From IMG/VR virus record IMGVR_UViG_3300042691_051382: a stretch of 64,000 bases of DNA; one strand, 5' to 3'. Positions 37,272 to 46,719 of this stretch are shown here, piece by piece (position 1 is the stretch's first letter; the number at the start of each line of letters is the position of its first letter). Position numbers and translations under genes: made by a program. Source of the stretch: a virus. Below the pieces are notes generated by a model. It saw only the letters and a program-made list of their open reading frames with translations, was not told the origin of the DNA and did not search any database.

Positions 37272-38012
37272 TTATTGACCCGGCGTGATGCTTCTCAGAC
37301 GACCGATTATGCTGGCGACCTTGTCGGTAGTTTGCACATCGGCGACTGTATCGTCGCTGGCACCTTGCTTTGGAAGTACAGTTGTCATACCAGTCATCTG
37401 TGTGGTGTAGTTTTCGTTTTTAGACATCGCATCACGCATGGTGTTGATTGCTTGTTTCATCATGCTCGGAACGTTCAATTCTCCCGAGTTGTTGGAATCC
37501 GAAGTTACAACTTTGGCCACAACCGTAGTCATACCATTCGGAGTGTCTTGGTACACAACACGAAGTTTGAGACCATGACCCAATCGATGCGAGATGTTGT
37601 CGTCGTAACCAATTTTTCCGGTGTTGTCGAGAACACCAAAACGACCACCCAAATAAGAAAGTGGGTATTCGTTTGTGGTTGTGCCCTCGCCACCATCCGG
37701 AACATCGTTGGTTCCGTAACGAGATCTACCACCCAAGTCGCTGGTTGGAATGCTAAACTGCAATCCAATCATCGACAACTTTTTCTGGATTTGACGAAGA
37801 ACGCTATTTGGATCCAAAACAGGTTTTGCGCCAGCCGCACCAAGATAAGTGTTGATGCGACGAACATTGTCGGGACGAGCAAGATCGAAAATTGCCACAT
37901 CCGCTTGGTCTACTTCGTTGTTGCCTCCGAGTGGACCAACACGATACTTGGCATCATAGTAACTTTCCGAATCTTCATTTAATTTTTCGCGAAGATCTTT
38001 GTAACGTTTCAT
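37272..38012 (-). CDS. Putative virion protein (MKRYKDLREKLNE)
   Basis: GAGG RBS. Confidence 0.7.
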   Translation of the reverse strand: MKRYKDLREKLNEDSESYYDAKYRVGPLGGNNEVDQADVAIFDLARPDNVRRINTYLGAAGAKPVLDPNSVLRQIQKKLSMIGLQFSIPTSDLGGRSRYGTNDVPDGGEGTTTNEYPLSYLGGRFGVLDNTGKIGYDDNISHRLGHGLKLRVVYQDTPNGMTTVVAKVVTSDSNNSGELNVPSMMKQAINTMRDAMSKNENYTTQMTGMTTVLPKQGASDDTVADVQTTDKVASIIGRLRSITPGQ

Positions 38013-38020
38013 CGGTTTCC

Positions 38021-38974
38021 TCAATAAGAAGTGCCGCTAGTGATCGAGAGCGTAAAGTCTACAGTTCCGGTTGCTCCACCCGAAGCGCGACCGTCAAACA
38101 CACTGAGACGCAAGCTGTAGTTTCCGGTTACGGCAGCTGGAGCCACAACCAAAACGGCTGCACCTTGAGTGATACCACCCCAACCGCCGTAACGGTTCAC
38201 AACATAAGAAGTTGCGGTAGCAGGATCCCAATAGGAACCAGCAGCGGTCATACCAACGAGAGTTGTTGGCTGATTGAATACCAACAGCTGACGAGCAGCA
38301 AGACCCGAACCGGCAGTGAGAGCAAGTGTTCCAGCCGTGGCTTGAATGGTGTTGTAAAGGAACGCCAAAGTGCCAGATGTGAATCCAGGTCCGAAAGTGA
38401 GGCTCAAACCCGTAAGACCGCTGCTTGTTGACGCGGTACCAAGAGCAAACGTGAAAAGTTTTGGTTCATCGGTGTAGTTTGCATCCGAAGCGATTACAGG
38501 AATGTAGCTGGTGATGCCCTTGGTAGCATAAACAATCGTACCAGGAGTGGTGTTGGTGAGACCCGAAGCCGGAGCCGTAATGTATGGCTTGTAATTGGGT
38601 GTGTCACCACCAGCGGTTGCACCGTAAATTCCGTTGGTTCCACCGGTTCCACTGAATGCGCTGACTTCGCCACGCTTTTCACCGGCTGGCAAACCAGCAA
38701 GATAATCGTTGGTCACGCCAGCGGCAGAAGGATCCATAGGCATGGCAACAAGCAATTCGGTCATACCAACAAAGTTTGGCGAGCGGTACAGGTAAGGAAT
38801 ACCAGTGGTACCGTTGCTGGTCAAACCGAAAACGTTTTCGGCTGTGTTGGTGAAACCTTGACCCGCAAGCGGAATTTCCCATCCGCGAACGGTACGGAAG
38901 CACTGACGCTTCTGTTCTTCGGTGAGCCAACTTGGTTTGCTGCTTTCTGAGTCTTTATTGTTCCAGAGGGGCAT
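38021..38974 (-). CDS. Gly/Thr-rich structural (decoration/fibre-like) protein
   Basis: MPLW..KD start; beta-rich G/T/A composition. Confidence 0.65.
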   Translation of the reverse strand: MPLWNNKDSESSKPSWLTEEQKRQCFRTVRGWEIPLAGQGFTNTAENVFGLTSNGTTGIPYLYRSPNFVGMTELLVAMPMDPSAAGVTNDYLAGLPAGEKRGEVSAFSGTGGTNGIYGATAGGDTPNYKPYITAPASGLTNTTPGTIVYATKGITSYIPVIASDANYTDEPKLFTFALGTASTSSGLTGLSLTFGPGFTSGTLAFLYNTIQATAGTLALTAGSGLAARQLLVFNQPTTLVGMTAAGSYWDPATATSYVVNRYGGWGGITQGAAVLVVAPAAVTGNYSLRLSVFDGRASGGATGTVDFTLSITSGTSY

Positions 38975-39011
38975 CTAGAAATCTCCTTGGTTATTTTTGT
39001 TTGTCTGTTAG

Positions 39012-39737
39012 TTAAATGATTTCTGCTTCAACAAGCGCACGGTAAAGATCTTCGGCTTGCTGTTCCGAAAGCATGCCACCTTCACCAACAGTTACAATAT
39101 CAAAATATGCACTCAATTCTTGTTCGTTGAGTTCGGAAAGTGCTTGGACGAGTTGCGAGTAATCGACCGAATCTTGCATCGGCTCTGGACCCTTGTGCAC
39201 AAGAGGAACTTTACCGGTTGATTTTTTTTCTGGTTGTGGTTGTGGTTGCTTGTGTCCCAAACGAACTCCGGCTTGTCTGGCCATGAGGCGCATAGTTTCA
39301 CCAAAGCTTCTTTTTTTGGCTTCGTTGGTGAGTTCGGGTTCAAGCTTTTTCTTTGCTCGATTGATCATTCCGCCAACGGTATCCGAAGCGATTTTTGCTG
39401 CCGCTTGTTGTACCGCTGGATTTTTAGCGGCTTGCATAGCCACGCGTCCAATTGCACCAACAATCGGCGCAGCTTCGTTGAAAGCAGTGTATTCCACTGC
39501 GCGTTCAAAATTGACAATCACTTGCGAATCAACGTCTTTAATGTCCATAACTTGATCGATATGCCATTCGATGATGGCTTTGCGATCTTCTCGTGTGGGA
39601 CACATCACATAATCACGCGCCGCTTCTGCCACAATTTCTTGCAGCTCGGATGGAAGTTCAAAATCCGAATTGGTTGTGCCAAGCAAGTTGGCAACTTCGT
39701 TGATAAGCGACTTGGGCAAATTATGATTATTAAACAT
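39012..39737 (-). CDS. Late hypothetical protein
   Basis: TATAAATA at 39766-39773 (minus); AAGGA RBS. Confidence 0.7.
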   Translation of the reverse strand: MFNNHNLPKSLINEVANLLGTTNSDFELPSELQEIVAEAARDYVMCPTREDRKAIIEWHIDQVMDIKDVDSQVIVNFERAVEYTAFNEAAPIVGAIGRVAMQAAKNPAVQQAAAKIASDTVGGMINRAKKKLEPELTNEAKKRSFGETMRLMARQAGVRLGHKQPQPQPEKKSTGKVPLVHKGPEPMQDSVDYSQLVQALSELNEQELSAYFDIVTVGEGGMLSEQQAEDLYRALVEAEII

Positions 39738-39784
39738 TGGTTTTCCTTGTGATTTTACTCTTATTTATTTATAAATATCTGAAT

Positions 39785-40462
39785 TTAACCTTTTGATGGA
39801 TTGTGACCCCATACTTTGAGAGCCAGCAACTTGCGGGTGGGTCTGCCTTGTTCGTCGCGCAACTTTCCGGGATTTCCTCGCATGCGACTGATAAAGTTTA
39901 TTTGCTTGCGCATCCATCGAATGTCGCTTGCATCCCATTCGCTGAACGGTTTGCTCTTCATTCGGATGATTGCTCGTGCGCTGTCGCGACCGCTTGTGAT
40001 TCTGCCGCCACCAGCACCTGCTGTGGAAGCTTCTTTACGACTGAGACCTGCTTTTTTACCGTCTTGACTGTCCAAAAAGGCTTGTATTTCCTTGGCACCC
40101 ATGTTTACCAATTGCTTCCAACGCTTGTAATCGCGACGATTGCGTTCTTCTTCGGCACTTTCGCGAATCGACTGCGATTGTCCGGGAGTCATGGTAGAAT
40201 AAGCGTTCACCGACGATGATGTACCCCATTCACGATCCGAAGGAGTTGTGCTGGCTGCTGGTTGGTTGGAATACGAACCACCGCCACCGCATCCTTGATC
40301 CATATAATTGATCATTTTTTCATCGGTCTTTTGCTGCGACTTGTTTTTGCTTTTTCCGGACAATTTCGCAAGCAACGGAGCCAAAGCACGCAAAACACCC
40401 GAAGGCAATTGACTCACGGCTCCGGATTTTACACTCATCTCGGCTAAGTATTTATGCTTCAT
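39785..40462 (-). CDS. DUF3140-like protein
   Basis: LVNM...I..FL.S...SGR.S...I...W...D..WMRK...FI.R...LALKVWGHNP. Confidence 0.65.
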   Translation of the reverse strand: MKHKYLAEMSVKSGAVSQLPSGVLRALAPLLAKLSGKSKNKSQQKTDEKMINYMDQGCGGGGSYSNQPAASTTPSDREWGTSSSVNAYSTMTPGQSQSIRESAEEERNRRDYKRWKQLVNMGAKEIQAFLDSQDGKKAGLSRKEASTAGAGGGRITSGRDSARAIIRMKSKPFSEWDASDIRWMRKQINFISRMRGNPGKLRDEQGRPTRKLLALKVWGHNPSKG

Positions 40463-40465
40463 AAA

Positions 40466-42796
40466 TCAGTCCTTTTTCTTTTTCTTCATCCAAGTCTTTT
40501 CCCAGCCTTTGCGCAAACCAGCCATACCACCCGGAGATGGCCATTCGCCACGACGAATCTTTTCACGAACAACCGAGCGAATTTCTTCGCCGGTCATACC
40601 GGTGCGGCTCTTGGTTTTGCCCTTTTTGTTGCCGTAGTAGCGTCCAAAACGCTGCTTGATGCCACCGTCAACCACACTCGCACGCGCACCGCTTTGCATT
40701 GGATTGCCTGCATCGCTGCGTCTTGGGTTTGTGGGGGTGCGATAGTTCCAAAAGCGAATCGATGCCATTTCTGGGTTGTATTCGGTTGGAGCCTTTTCTT
40801 TGTATTTCTTTCTGGAATACAAGCGTTCGAGCTGCGAACGTCGCGATTGCGAATATTCGCGACTTGCTGGAATGCTTGCTCCTTCGATCGCACCAACGTG
40901 CGCAGGACCCATCTTTTCACGCTTTTTCTTTCTTACGATACCCTTTTCACGATCCGACTTGGCACGCTTGCGTTGAATTGCTCGATCGAGGCGTTGATAG
41001 TCTTTTTCTTTGGGCTTGCCTTTTACGATTTTTACACCAACCGAACGGCTTTTGCGTTGCTTTTTGCCTTTGCGCAACGCTTCGCGCTTTTTGGATATTT
41101 TGGCGAGTGCTTTTCTCGCTTGCGAAATGCTGCTGGCGCGTGTGGCTTCGGACACAACCTCTTCGTTTAAATTTTGTTTTTCAGAATTTTCATTGTTAAA
41201 GTTTTCTAAGAATTTTAAAAACTTTTTGTCGGCATACATGATTGTGTTCCTATCGTAAGCTTGTTGTTGCTGGTTTTTTAAATTGTATTTTGCAACATTG
41301 ATATGACCCAAAGCCTCTTCGATCAAAACTGCTTCATCTTCTTTTTTGCACGTTTGAAGTTTTTCTGCAAGAATATCGCGCATTTCGTCGATTTGCACAA
41401 AACTTCCTAATGTATTTATTTTTTCAATATATTGATTGTTTCTGTTGCTTTCGGGCAACGTTTGAATCGTATTGACGTTTACCGATATCTTGGCCAAATT
41501 CATAAATTTGTTGCCAATCAAAACAGGATATTTGTTGAATCTTCTGGGCACCAAACTGAATCGTATGTTTTTGAATTTACGATTTCTGAATTCTACGTCA
41601 AATTCCACCACCGGGCGACGATCCACATTTATGTTGTTGGTTCGTATTCTCACATGCGACACAACAGGTTTTTCGTATTTTTTACCTTGCACCGTAAACG
41701 CAACAGTTCCGTTGTATTCTTCGATGTTTTCTGCACCCAATACATTGTAACTTTCGTTGCCGGTATCCAGTTTGGCTTTGAATTTTCCAATAGAATCGAT
41801 GTCGATCGGTTCGATCAAACCAACTTCACGGTGATTGAAATTCCAATTTTCTCGGTTTATTGCATGCTTGACAACGCTGTCGATCAATTTTTGACCCGTG
41901 ATGTTTTTGCCTTCGCTGTCGGGAAAATAGCTGCGATACACGTTTCCGCTGCCGGGTGAAGCGTTGAGTTCGATCACATATGGTTTTCCTTTGCTGGTAA
42001 CCATATCCACACCCACATAATACGTTCCAAAAACCTCTGCCGCACGCTCGGCTATTTCTCGCTCTTGGTCGCTGATTTTATACGGACCACCTTCGGCACC
42101 TTGCGCAAGGTTGGTGCGAAAGTCTCTGGGTGCTTTGCCGCGCATTGCTGCTGCAACAACTTTGCCGTCCAAAACCAACACACGAACATCGTTTTTGATT
42201 TCCAAGTATTCTTGAATCAAAAGTTCCGCATCGTATTTCCAAAGAGTTTGCAGAACCGATTTCAAGCTTTCGTAGCTGTCAACTATCGAAACACCAACTC
42301 CTTCGGCACCCGTGAGTGTTTTTACAATCACCGGAAATTGATTGCCGATTTGTTCGAGTGCGTTGTCGAGCGAACTCAAATTGGCAACAAACGCCGTTTT
42401 TGGTGTTGGTATATCGTAACTGTCGAGTTGTATGGCACTGTAAAGCTTGTTGGCACAAAGTTCCATCGGGCGACGTTCGTTGATCACAAACATCCCGGTG
42501 TTCTCGAAAATCGTAAGAATCGCCATTCCGATTTGAGTGTTGGTTACACCTCCACGCGCAAAACAAACCACATCACGCGGATCGAGTGTGATGCTTTTGC
42601 CGCTACCGTCGTGATTGTGTATCACTATTTTTTCAGAAGTTGATGCACGATCATCAATGTACGCATACTGAGTGGAAACCATGTAAAACTTTTTGCCAAA
42701 CTTTTTGCAAGATTGTTGTATTTTGTTTACGGTGTCGCTACCGTCTTTTCCGGAAGATGTCAAAACAATAACAGTAACGTGATTGTTGTTTGGCAT
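40466..42796 (-). CDS. RimK-like ATP-grasp ligase fused to retropepsin-like (RimB-type) protease and a basic tail
   Basis: NK....L...IPTPKT, VKTLTGAEGVGV, IQEYL..DVRVLV, FRTN...G, GVD....IELNASPG; then AKLDTGN..RRPVV..YPVLIG..F. Confidence 0.85.
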   Translation of the reverse strand: MPNNNHVTVIVLTSSGKDGSDTVNKIQQSCKKFGKKFYMVSTQYAYIDDRASTSEKIVIHNHDGSGKSITLDPRDVVCFARGGVTNTQIGMAILTIFENTGMFVINERRPMELCANKLYSAIQLDSYDIPTPKTAFVANLSSLDNALEQIGNQFPVIVKTLTGAEGVGVSIVDSYESLKSVLQTLWKYDAELLIQEYLEIKNDVRVLVLDGKVVAAAMRGKAPRDFRTNLAQGAEGGPYKISDQEREIAERAAEVFGTYYVGVDMVTSKGKPYVIELNASPGSGNVYRSYFPDSEGKNITGQKLIDSVVKHAINRENWNFNHREVGLIEPIDIDSIGKFKAKLDTGNESYNVLGAENIEEYNGTVAFTVQGKKYEKPVVSHVRIRTNNINVDRRPVVEFDVEFRNRKFKNIRFSLVPRRFNKYPVLIGNKFMNLAKISVNVNTIQTLPESNRNNQYIEKINTLGSFVQIDEMRDILAEKLQTCKKEDEAVLIEEALGHINVAKYNLKNQQQQAYDRNTIMYADKKFLKFLENFNNENSEKQNLNEEVVSEATRASSISQARKALAKISKKREALRKGKKQRKSRSVGVKIVKGKPKEKDYQRLDRAIQRKRAKSDREKGIVRKKKREKMGPAHVGAIEGASIPASREYSQSRRSQLERLYSRKKYKEKAPTEYNPEMASIRFWNYRTPTNPRRSDAGNPMQSGARASVVDGGIKQRFGRYYGNKKGKTKSRTGMTGEEIRSVVREKIRRGEWPSPGGMAGLRKGWEKTWMKKKKKD

Positions 42797-43743
42797 TAAA
42801 CTTCGACTCCGTATTTTATACGCGATTTGAATACCGATTCGATGCGAAGTCCGGGTATTCCAAGCTTTCGGCAGTTTCTGGTTATGTCGTTTCTGATTAT
42901 CCAGTACGGATGATCTTGTGCATCGATCGAGCCGTCTGTTGTGTACACTCGGTCGCACGCAACCGTCAAGCTACAATCGGTGCTGTTGTACGAAAAATGA
43001 GAATCGTTGAACGTGTTGAAAACCACCGCTCCACCGTTGCAAACATCATCGCCAAAAATTGTCTTTTTGGCTTGGTTTTCTTCCATGCACCAAAAAAGCT
43101 CGTTTTCCAACCGCATCACGGTTCTTCCGTCTTTGCGAACCATCGGTGCTCCGTTTTTATCGAGAACCGGAAGCAAGCGGGTTTTTTGTTCGTCCAAAGC
43201 TTTTTGAAGCTGCTGAAGGGCTACCGTGCCGTGCGACGTGTCTGCCGACTCCCAACGCTCGGCATCGTCCTGTTTGATCGAAACTGCATAGTTGTTTTGT
43301 TGTGTTTCGACGATCATATCGGCTTTGTTGCGCCCTTTTCTTGATTTACGATTTTCGGTTAAACGACAATTCATAACATTTTCATAGCAAATTCTATTTT
43401 TATCGCTCAAAAATATTAAATTTATCGTTCCCGATTCTTTTATATATTTATTAATTTTTTGTGCTAGAACATGCTCGTTGGGTACACCCGGCGACATGCT
43501 GCTTTGTTGGGGTAGCGATTTGACGCTTATTCGAAAATCTTGTATTTGCACATACCCAATGCTGCTGTAGCTGGGCATATCGTTCATCAACACAGCAGAA
43601 AAATCTTGAAAATTGTCGCTTACTTGTTGCAAAACCTGCACGCGGTCGTTGCGACATTTTGAAGGTATGCAAACCTTTATGCGTTTTCCGTCAACACGCA
43701 CCACACCAAAAGTTTCGAGTTTTTCAACCAATCGCTGTAACAT
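42796..43743 (-). CDS. PD-(D/E)XK-like putative nuclease
   Basis: NE...KADMIV......VSIKQ. Confidence 0.55.
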   Translation of the reverse strand: MLQRLVEKLETFGVVRVDGKRIKVCIPSKCRNDRVQVLQQVSDNFQDFSAVLMNDMPSYSSIGYVQIQDFRISVKSLPQQSSMSPGVPNEHVLAQKINKYIKESGTINLIFLSDKNRICYENVMNCRLTENRKSRKGRNKADMIVETQQNNYAVSIKQDDAERWESADTSHGTVALQQLQKALDEQKTRLLPVLDKNGAPMVRKDGRTVMRLENELFWCMEENQAKKTIFGDDVCNGGAVVFNTFNDSHFSYNSTDCSLTVACDRVYTTDGSIDAQDHPYWIIRNDITRNCRKLGIPGLRIESVFKSRIKYGVEV

Positions 43744-43773
43744 AAATGCCCTGCACAGGCAGGGCATTTGTAT

Positions 43774-44286
43774 TTAGGAAGAAACCCAACGTTTCCAACC
43801 TTGTTTGGTCTTTTTGTTGATCAATTTGACCGCTAAAACTCTGCGTGATGGTATGCCCGGTTCTCGCAGCAATCGCATGCCTGCTTCTTCGGGTGTTCGA
43901 TTGGCTTTGGCTGCGTTGCAACTTTTGCAACAAGCCACCAAATTGGTCCACTCGTGACGACCGCCACGACTCACCGGAAGTATGTGGTCGAGCGTTTGAT
44001 TTGATTCGATCAAATCGCTCGTGCAGTATTGACATGTGTATTCGTCGCGACGAAGAATGTTTTTTCTGCTGAGACTTGCGTTTTTGTATGGGATGTTGAC
44101 GTACTTCAAAAGTACAATTGCTGTTGGTAGTTCAAAGTAACCTTCACCAGTTGCAATTCGATAATAGTCTTCGTGACCATACGGCGCGGATGCTTTACCC
44201 GTATACATCAAGCGAACCGCACGATGCCAAGGAATTACATTCAAAACTTCTTCGGTGTTGTTGAGCAGCAAAACGTCCATTTGCAT
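43774..44286 (-). CDS. HNH endonuclease (McrA-like)
   Basis: RKNILRRDEYTCQYC..TLDHILPVSRGG..W.NLVACC..CN..K. Confidence 0.9.
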   Translation of the reverse strand: MQMDVLLLNNTEEVLNVIPWHRAVRLMYTGKASAPYGHEDYYRIATGEGYFELPTAIVLLKYVNIPYKNASLSRKNILRRDEYTCQYCTSDLIESNQTLDHILPVSRGGRHEWTNLVACCKSCNAAKANRTPEEAGMRLLREPGIPSRRVLAVKLINKKTKQGWKRWVSS

Positions 44287-44303
44287 ACACTTATTTATTT
44301 TAA

Positions 44304-44374
44304 TGTGCCGTTCCGGTGCTGCCCCGGCTTTAAACCGTTATAAGCGATTCTGAGAAGCTGTCCTCCCACGGCAC
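44304..44374 (-). tRNA. tRNA-Ile(UAU) with non-canonical T loop
   Basis: GTGCCGT/ACGGCAC acceptor, AATCG-CTTATAA-CGGTT, T loop GGCAGCA. Confidence 0.65.
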
Positions 44375-44422
44375 TAATATTAAACCTACCTCTTTTATAT
44401 ATAAGTATATAAGGGGATTACG

Positions 44423-44824
44423 ATGTCAAATAAACAAAGAAAAATATTTTGTGCTAATTGTAACGAATGGTGTGGTACTGGTAGAAAATATTGTAAAAAA
44501 TGTCGAGAGCAAAAAAAGATAGATGATGAAAATACATTATTAGAAAAATTAAGTAAAACAAAAAAGAAAGATTGTTCTTATAAGAAAGGACATTTATGTA
44601 ACAAATATGCTTATATTAGATGGCATGCAAAAAGAACACATAAAGAAAGTTTTAAATGTTGTCAAAATTGTGGGTATGATAAACATATAGAACTGTGCCA
44701 TATAAAACCCATTAAAGATTGGAATGAAAATTCTTTATTAATTGAAATAAATAGTATAAAAAATATTGTAGGTTTATGTCCAAATTGTCATTGGGAATTT
44801 GACAACGGAATTTTAAAATTATAA
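44423..44824 (+). CDS. Free-standing HNH endonuclease (AT-rich, opposite strand)
   Basis: CQNCG....ELCHIKPI...N...LCPNCHWEFD. Confidence 0.8.
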   Translation: MSNKQRKIFCANCNEWCGTGRKYCKKCREQKKIDDENTLLEKLSKTKKKDCSYKKGHLCNKYAYIRWHAKRTHKESFKCCQNCGYDKHIELCHIKPIKDWNENSLLIEINSIKNIVGLCPNCHWEFDNGILKL

Positions 44825-45055
44825 ATTAATTACATTCTTTTTATTAGCGACATGACCATTTTCGTTGATCATCAAATAGTTGGACTTTTGACGATCCGTG
44901 TCGTTGCCAACACGATAGTTGATTTCAAGACCCTGATAATTTTCGCAAAGAATCTTTTCGATGTCGTTCATGATGTTTCGCGACAATTGAAGAGCCGTTT
45001 GTTGATTTTCAGACGCTGGAATGTCAATGTGCAATCGGTACATAATTTTCTCCAA

Positions 45056-45129
45056 CGTTCCCGGCAGGAGTCGAACCTGCGACCCATGCGATAGAAGCGC
45101 ATAGCTCTATCCAACTGAGCTACGGGAAC
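45056..45129 (-). tRNA. tRNA-Arg(UCU)
   Basis: GTTCCCG/CGGGAAC acceptor, ATGCG-CTTCTAT-CGCAT. Confidence 0.92.
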
Positions 45130-45135
45130 TTTTAA

Positions 45136-45206
45136 TAGCGGGAGGTGGAGTCGAACCACCACGGTCGGATTATGAGACCGACGATCTACCCTTAATCTAT
45201 CCCGCA
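45136..45206 (-). tRNA. tRNA-Met(CAU), initiator-like
   Basis: U1-U72 mismatch, A11-U24, loop CTCATAA; only two GC pairs in the lower anticodon stem. Confidence 0.75.
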
Positions 45207-45241
45207 ATCTTCGATACATTATACACATCAATCAAACCTTT

Positions 45242-46675
45242 TCAACCCCAATCGTTAAACTTTTGATTGAATTTTTGCTCGCTTTTTCTAAACAGAGATT
45301 TGGCATACGGATCGTCTTGTTCGTCGCTGTCGGCAGCAACAACCTTTCCGCTTTCGCTGTTAACATGCACCAGCGATTGCTGAGCGGTTTGATTCACATC
45401 GTAAAACTTCATTTTGCTTTTGTCGAGACCCACAACAAACTTGCGGTTGCTGCCAACATCACCCAAACGATTTTTCAATTGCTTGATCATCACCTGATTC
45501 AATTCTTCGAGTTCTTCGGTTCCGATGATCGCAATAAAGAAATCTGCAGTTGCAGGAAGACCCATACTTTCGGCAGTGTTGGTGAGGTCCACGTCGCTGT
45601 TGTTGAACCCTTGGCGATTGATTTGCGTTGCTGTGAACATCTGAACATTCGTCTCGACCGCAAGACCACGCAACTCTTCGGCAATCGCTTTGACCAGTGT
45701 ATAGCTGTTGACGTTGGCACTTGCTTTGTATCTGGAACTGCTGCAGATGTTAAGATAGTCAACAATCACCACATCCGGAAAAAAGTTCTTTTTGATGCGA
45801 AGCTCGTCGATCAAATGGCGAAAGTTTAGTGCACTGGCGGTGCCAGTTGGATACTCTTTGATGATCAGTTTGCCCTGAACATCTTGAGTGGCACGCTTGA
45901 ACTTCTTTTCGTACATCTGATACGGCAATTCGCGCAACTCGTTGAGACGCGTGTTGGTGAGGTTTGCATCGATGCGCTCGGCGATTCGTTGCTCGCTCAT
46001 TTCAAGGGTAATGTAGAGAACGTTCTTGTTTTGACGCAAACACGCAGCGGCATGGTGACACAGAAAGATACTCTTTCCGCCACCAGTTGGCGCAGCCACT
46101 ACGCTCAAGGTTTTACGAGGTATACCACCATCGGTAATGCTGTTGAGCATCGTCAAATCAAACGCAATCTTTTCTTCGCCGCTGTGATAATACTCGTAGC
46201 GTTCTTTCAAAGCTTCGATATAATCATGCCCGATGTTGGTGTCAAAACTGACGCTCAGGGCTTGACGCAACAGTTCTGGGATTGCGTTTTTGCTGAGTTT
46301 TTGCTTGCCTTCTTTGTCGTCAATGATTTTGATGCACTCAAAAATTGCATTGTACACGGCTCGATCTTTGCACCACTTCTCGGTTGCATCGACTGTCCAA
46401 TCAAGATCGTTGGACGAATCGATCGAGTAGATGGTGTCGATCAATTCGGCAATCTGCTCGTGATCTTTTTGATTGCCACCAATAGCATCAGCTTCGATTG
46501 ACAGTGCTGCCGCTGTTGGACAATTATTGTATGTTTGAAAATACTTGGTAATAAGTTCGAATGCTTTACGTTCGCTGGTTTCCGAAAAATAGTCGGGCGT
46601 AATAAAAGCAAGAACTTTGCGAGCGTAATCATCGCTGCGAGCAAGACCAGACAATATCAGATGTTCAATGCGCAT
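45242..46675 (-). CDS. 41: T4 gp41-like replicative DNA helicase
   Basis: APTGGGKS, YITLEMSE, IKEYPTG, VDYLNIC, ATQINR, KQLKNR. Confidence 0.95.
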   Translation of the reverse strand: MRIEHLILSGLARSDDYARKVLAFITPDYFSETSERKAFELITKYFQTYNNCPTAAALSIEADAIGGNQKDHEQIAELIDTIYSIDSSNDLDWTVDATEKWCKDRAVYNAIFECIKIIDDKEGKQKLSKNAIPELLRQALSVSFDTNIGHDYIEALKERYEYYHSGEEKIAFDLTMLNSITDGGIPRKTLSVVAAPTGGGKSIFLCHHAAACLRQNKNVLYITLEMSEQRIAERIDANLTNTRLNELRELPYQMYEKKFKRATQDVQGKLIIKEYPTGTASALNFRHLIDELRIKKNFFPDVVIVDYLNICSSSRYKASANVNSYTLVKAIAEELRGLAVETNVQMFTATQINRQGFNNSDVDLTNTAESMGLPATADFFIAIIGTEELEELNQVMIKQLKNRLGDVGSNRKFVVGLDKSKMKFYDVNQTAQQSLVHVNSESGKVVAADSDEQDDPYAKSLFRKSEQKFNQKFNDWG

Positions 46676-46719
46676 GATCTATTGTATGCAGTGTAGTTGT
46701 AATATCAATCTGTTGCAAA

